Source: an uncultured Puniceicoccaceae bacterium (GTDB lineage: Bacteria; Verrucomicrobiota; Verrucomicrobiia; Opitutales; Oceanipulchritudinaceae). From it: a stretch of DNA of 64,000 nt. The translations under genes and the position numbers were made by a program. The notes beneath the pieces were generated by a model. It was given only the letters and a program-made list of their open reading frames with translations. It made no database searches and was not told the origin of the DNA. The stretch spans positions 20,083 through 84,082 of the forward strand of contig CAWVVV010000007.1 in the NCBI GenBank assembly GCA_963933835.1. Direction: 5' to 3'. Shown piece by piece: positions 60,414 through 64,000 of the stretch; the first letter of the stretch is position 1, and every line of letters starts with the position of its first letter.

Positions 60414-62630
60414 TCAATCGACCGAGTAGTAGCTTTCAATTACAGAAGAATCCCTAAGTTGATCCATATACTTGCGCATCACAGCTTCAAATTCAGGCGT
60501 TTCTCGAATTGAATCAAACTTCGGATCAACCAGAAACAATCCCACAGTAAACCCATTTTGAGTCGATAGGATTTGGTCAATCAACTGAGCCGACTCTTCG
60601 GCCATTCCAAGATGCGAATAGGTGTATGTACAATCAAAGAGTGTATCAAAATAGTCTCGATAGTGTCGCGTAGGGTTAGCCGCTTCCAGCGCCGCTTCAA
60701 TCCATTCTAAAGCCTCATCCTTATCACCTAAGAGCGCCAAGCCCTCCGCATAGGCTATCGCATATCTATCCGGCGAAAAACGCTTCATCCACCTACCTTT
60801 AAGTGACGTCTCCAACTCATTCAGGTAGCTCTTTAAATAGGAATTCGCGAGACTTCTATTCCCTGCTTTAAGATAATGCCAAGAGCGAATGATAGCCAGA
60901 TCTTGCTGCATAACCCAAAACGTATCCGCTGTATCAATACTCGATAGGTGATCGATCACTTCATCGTACTTACGTTGCATTGTAAGGACGGACCGCGAGA
61001 CAAACCCCGGGAATTCTGTTTCCCCTGCCAGCCTATCGTAAACTTCAACAGCTTCATCAATCGAACCTTCATCTAATGAAGTATTGAAGGCCTTCATAAC
61101 TAGAGCGAAAGCAATGATATCCCTATCACCATTCTGCTCAGCATTTCTAATTCCCTCATCTAGTGTCTCATGGACTTTTTCTCTATTTCGATTTGATCGA
61201 TAGACCTCTACCCTCTCGCGAAAATTCACATATGAACCCTGCTCTTCCGCCCTCCCAATAAGACGTTGAGCGGCAAAGTTTTGCCCCGTATTTAAATAAG
61301 CTGTCGCAAGCAAATTGTAAGGCCACGGCTGTATATGCTCCGGCTCTGAAGCCTCATAATTCTCAAGGGCTTTCTTGTAGTAGAAGATTGCTCTATGCGG
61401 GTTGTTTTCATACAAATTGTAGTAATCTCCTGCGACAATATTAGTCTCATAATCATCGGGCAAAACAGAAATCGCTCGCTGACTAGCCAAATAGATTTCC
61501 TCATGCCATACAGGATCATATTGATTGCGAAAACCTTTCCAGACAGCGTTTCCAAAAATAGATACAAAGACTCTATGAGCCTCTGGATTATCGGGATCCA
61601 GACGCAGCACTTCTTTTTGCATTTCAAGCAAGGGAACAAATAACTTCGTCTCTGGTTGATTATCATCCCAATAGTTTACCAACATGCCTTCACGTTCAGT
61701 CGTGATACGAGCGATCAACGCCTCTCTTTCAGCCTTGGCCGCTCCATGTGCGGAAAAAGTTCCTTCAAGCACGCGATAAGCATCGATTGCTAATTCGTAG
61801 GCTGCGCGCTTCTGAAAAACCAACAGATCTTCATATTTACGCAGACTTTCATCATAGGTCTTTGCCCAAAGATGATTATCCGTCTCCGCCTCGATCAATT
61901 GGACCGTGATTCGCAGTTTGCTGTTAACTGCCTGAATGCTGCCTTCAATGACAAAATCGGCACCAATCGTGCGCCCAATTTCAGGAATCGTCGGGCGATC
62001 GGCTCGGAACTGCATGATTGATGAACGCGAAATCACGTCCAAAGGATCCATCTCCGCTAATGTTGTAAGCAGTTCTTCATGTAATCCCTCCCCCGCTACG
62101 CGAGTTTCAGCACCGTCGCCAATTACATCAAAGGGTAAAACTGCGATCGTCCCTAAAACATACGGGCGTTCAGCCGATGAAGCCGCTAGCCTTACATCCG
62201 TGGAATCCGAATCAGTATGAACGCCAAAGTAGAATATGAGTGATAGGGCCCCGAAAATCACCGTCGGGAGACCCGCTGCCCACGCAATTGTTAGCAAATT
62301 ACGCTTTGTGCTGAGCTCTTTGTCGTCCGTATCCGATGCTGTTCCTTTCGCAACTTTCGCTGTTTTGATGCCATCCGGTGTCAGCTCGAAGGCCCAGCCA
62401 ATGACTAAAGCGATCGGAAAACCAAGAATTAGCATGAGAACTACAAAGCGATAGGCCCAGACTGGAATGCCAAAGCTGGCGAAGGTGCTGCTCGCCACCT
62501 GGATGATGAGCTAAGCTACAACCGCGTAAGTAGCTGCTAGTCGAAAGACTTTACGACGTTTCAGCTCCGAAAAGAATCCACGCTTCCCTTGGGAGCCTTG
62601 CTCAGGAGTTTGTTCTTCTGGTGAAGACAT
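60414..62630 (-). pseudogene. Membrane TolB-like/TPR protein with in-frame TAG at codon 40
   Basis: MSSPEE...FFSELKRRKVFRLAATYAVVA*LIIQVA... (Trp expected), IAVLPF, VISRSS, LRITVQLI, HLWA..YD. Confidence 0.82.
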
Positions 62631-62746
62631 AAAAATAGACGCTTACTGCAAAAGCACAGAGCAAAAGATCGCATTTCACGAACACCAGCAAGGATGATTC
62701 TCCCCCCTCGTTTTCCCAGACGAGACATTCGAGGTCTGAAAGCATG

Positions 62747-62780
62747 AAGCCCCGACGCTTCCTTTCGGATGCGCCGGGGC
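62747..62780 (-). terminator. Probable rRNA operon terminator hairpin
   Basis: gccccgacgc...gcgccggggc stem just downstream of 5S. Confidence 0.5.
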
Positions 62781-62785
62781 ACAAT

Positions 62786-62901
62786 ACTGGCAATGACCTA
62801 CTCTCACACCGCATCGTGGCGGCACTACCATCGGCGGCTACGGGCTTAACGCTGGTGTTCGGGATGGGAACCGGTGTTTCCCCGCGCCTGTATTCACCAG
62901 A
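62786..62901 (-). rRNA. rrf: 5S rRNA
   Basis: Conserved GACCTACTCTC, ACTACCATCGGC and GTTCGGGATGGGAACCGGTG in reverse complement; ends approximate. Confidence 0.93.
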
Positions 62902-63032
62902 GTGTAATCCTCAAGTGAGTCGTTCAGGTACGACGGTAGTATGTGAGTCATTGCAATGAACAACTCTTGGAAATATATAATTTAGCCCATGTAGGTAATA
63001 AAAACGTCTGATTTTGCAAACTAGGTTTAATA

Positions 63033-64000
<968 letters not shown>

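Noticed and set aside
16987..62513. Stop-codon reassignment explaining the in-frame stops
   Set aside because: Three different stop codons are involved; TGA, TAG and TAA all end core genes and TGG encodes Trp throughout

Overview
Bacterial chromosomal window, most consistent with an Opitutae/Puniceicoccaceae-like Verrucomicrobium (inferred from a PEP-CTERM protein, Verrucomicrobia-type surface-protein domains and a str operon lacking tuf). Core genes are intact: tRNA-Gly, SWIM-SNF2 helicase, Gld-like ABC system, accB/accC, pyrD, rpiB, hemB, thrS, recQ, rpsL-rpsG-fusA-rpsJ, 5S and the 3' part of 23S rRNA. Accessory DNA is heavily eroded, with about 13 genes broken by early nonsense codons, frameshifts or deletions. 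The main highlight is an 8.9-kb cassette bracketed by identical 71-bp IS91/ISCR-type ori ends next to an internally deleted IS91 transposase. It carries a two-component system and a seven-gene cluster resembling the furan-fatty-acid (UfaD/UfaO/UfaM) locus, with a shared AGATTA-N8-TAATCT palindrome before both putative transcription units. Other notable items: two single-gene insertions flanked by diverged ~300-bp gene-end duplications, a Trp-rich C-terminal module shared by two Stf0 sulfotransferases, a GT-C glycosyltransferase and a secreted protein, a fungal-looking NRPS-like reductase fragment, and a double TGTAGC-N4-GCTACA palindrome upstream of a beta-barrel transporter. All family calls are from motif recognition, not database searches.
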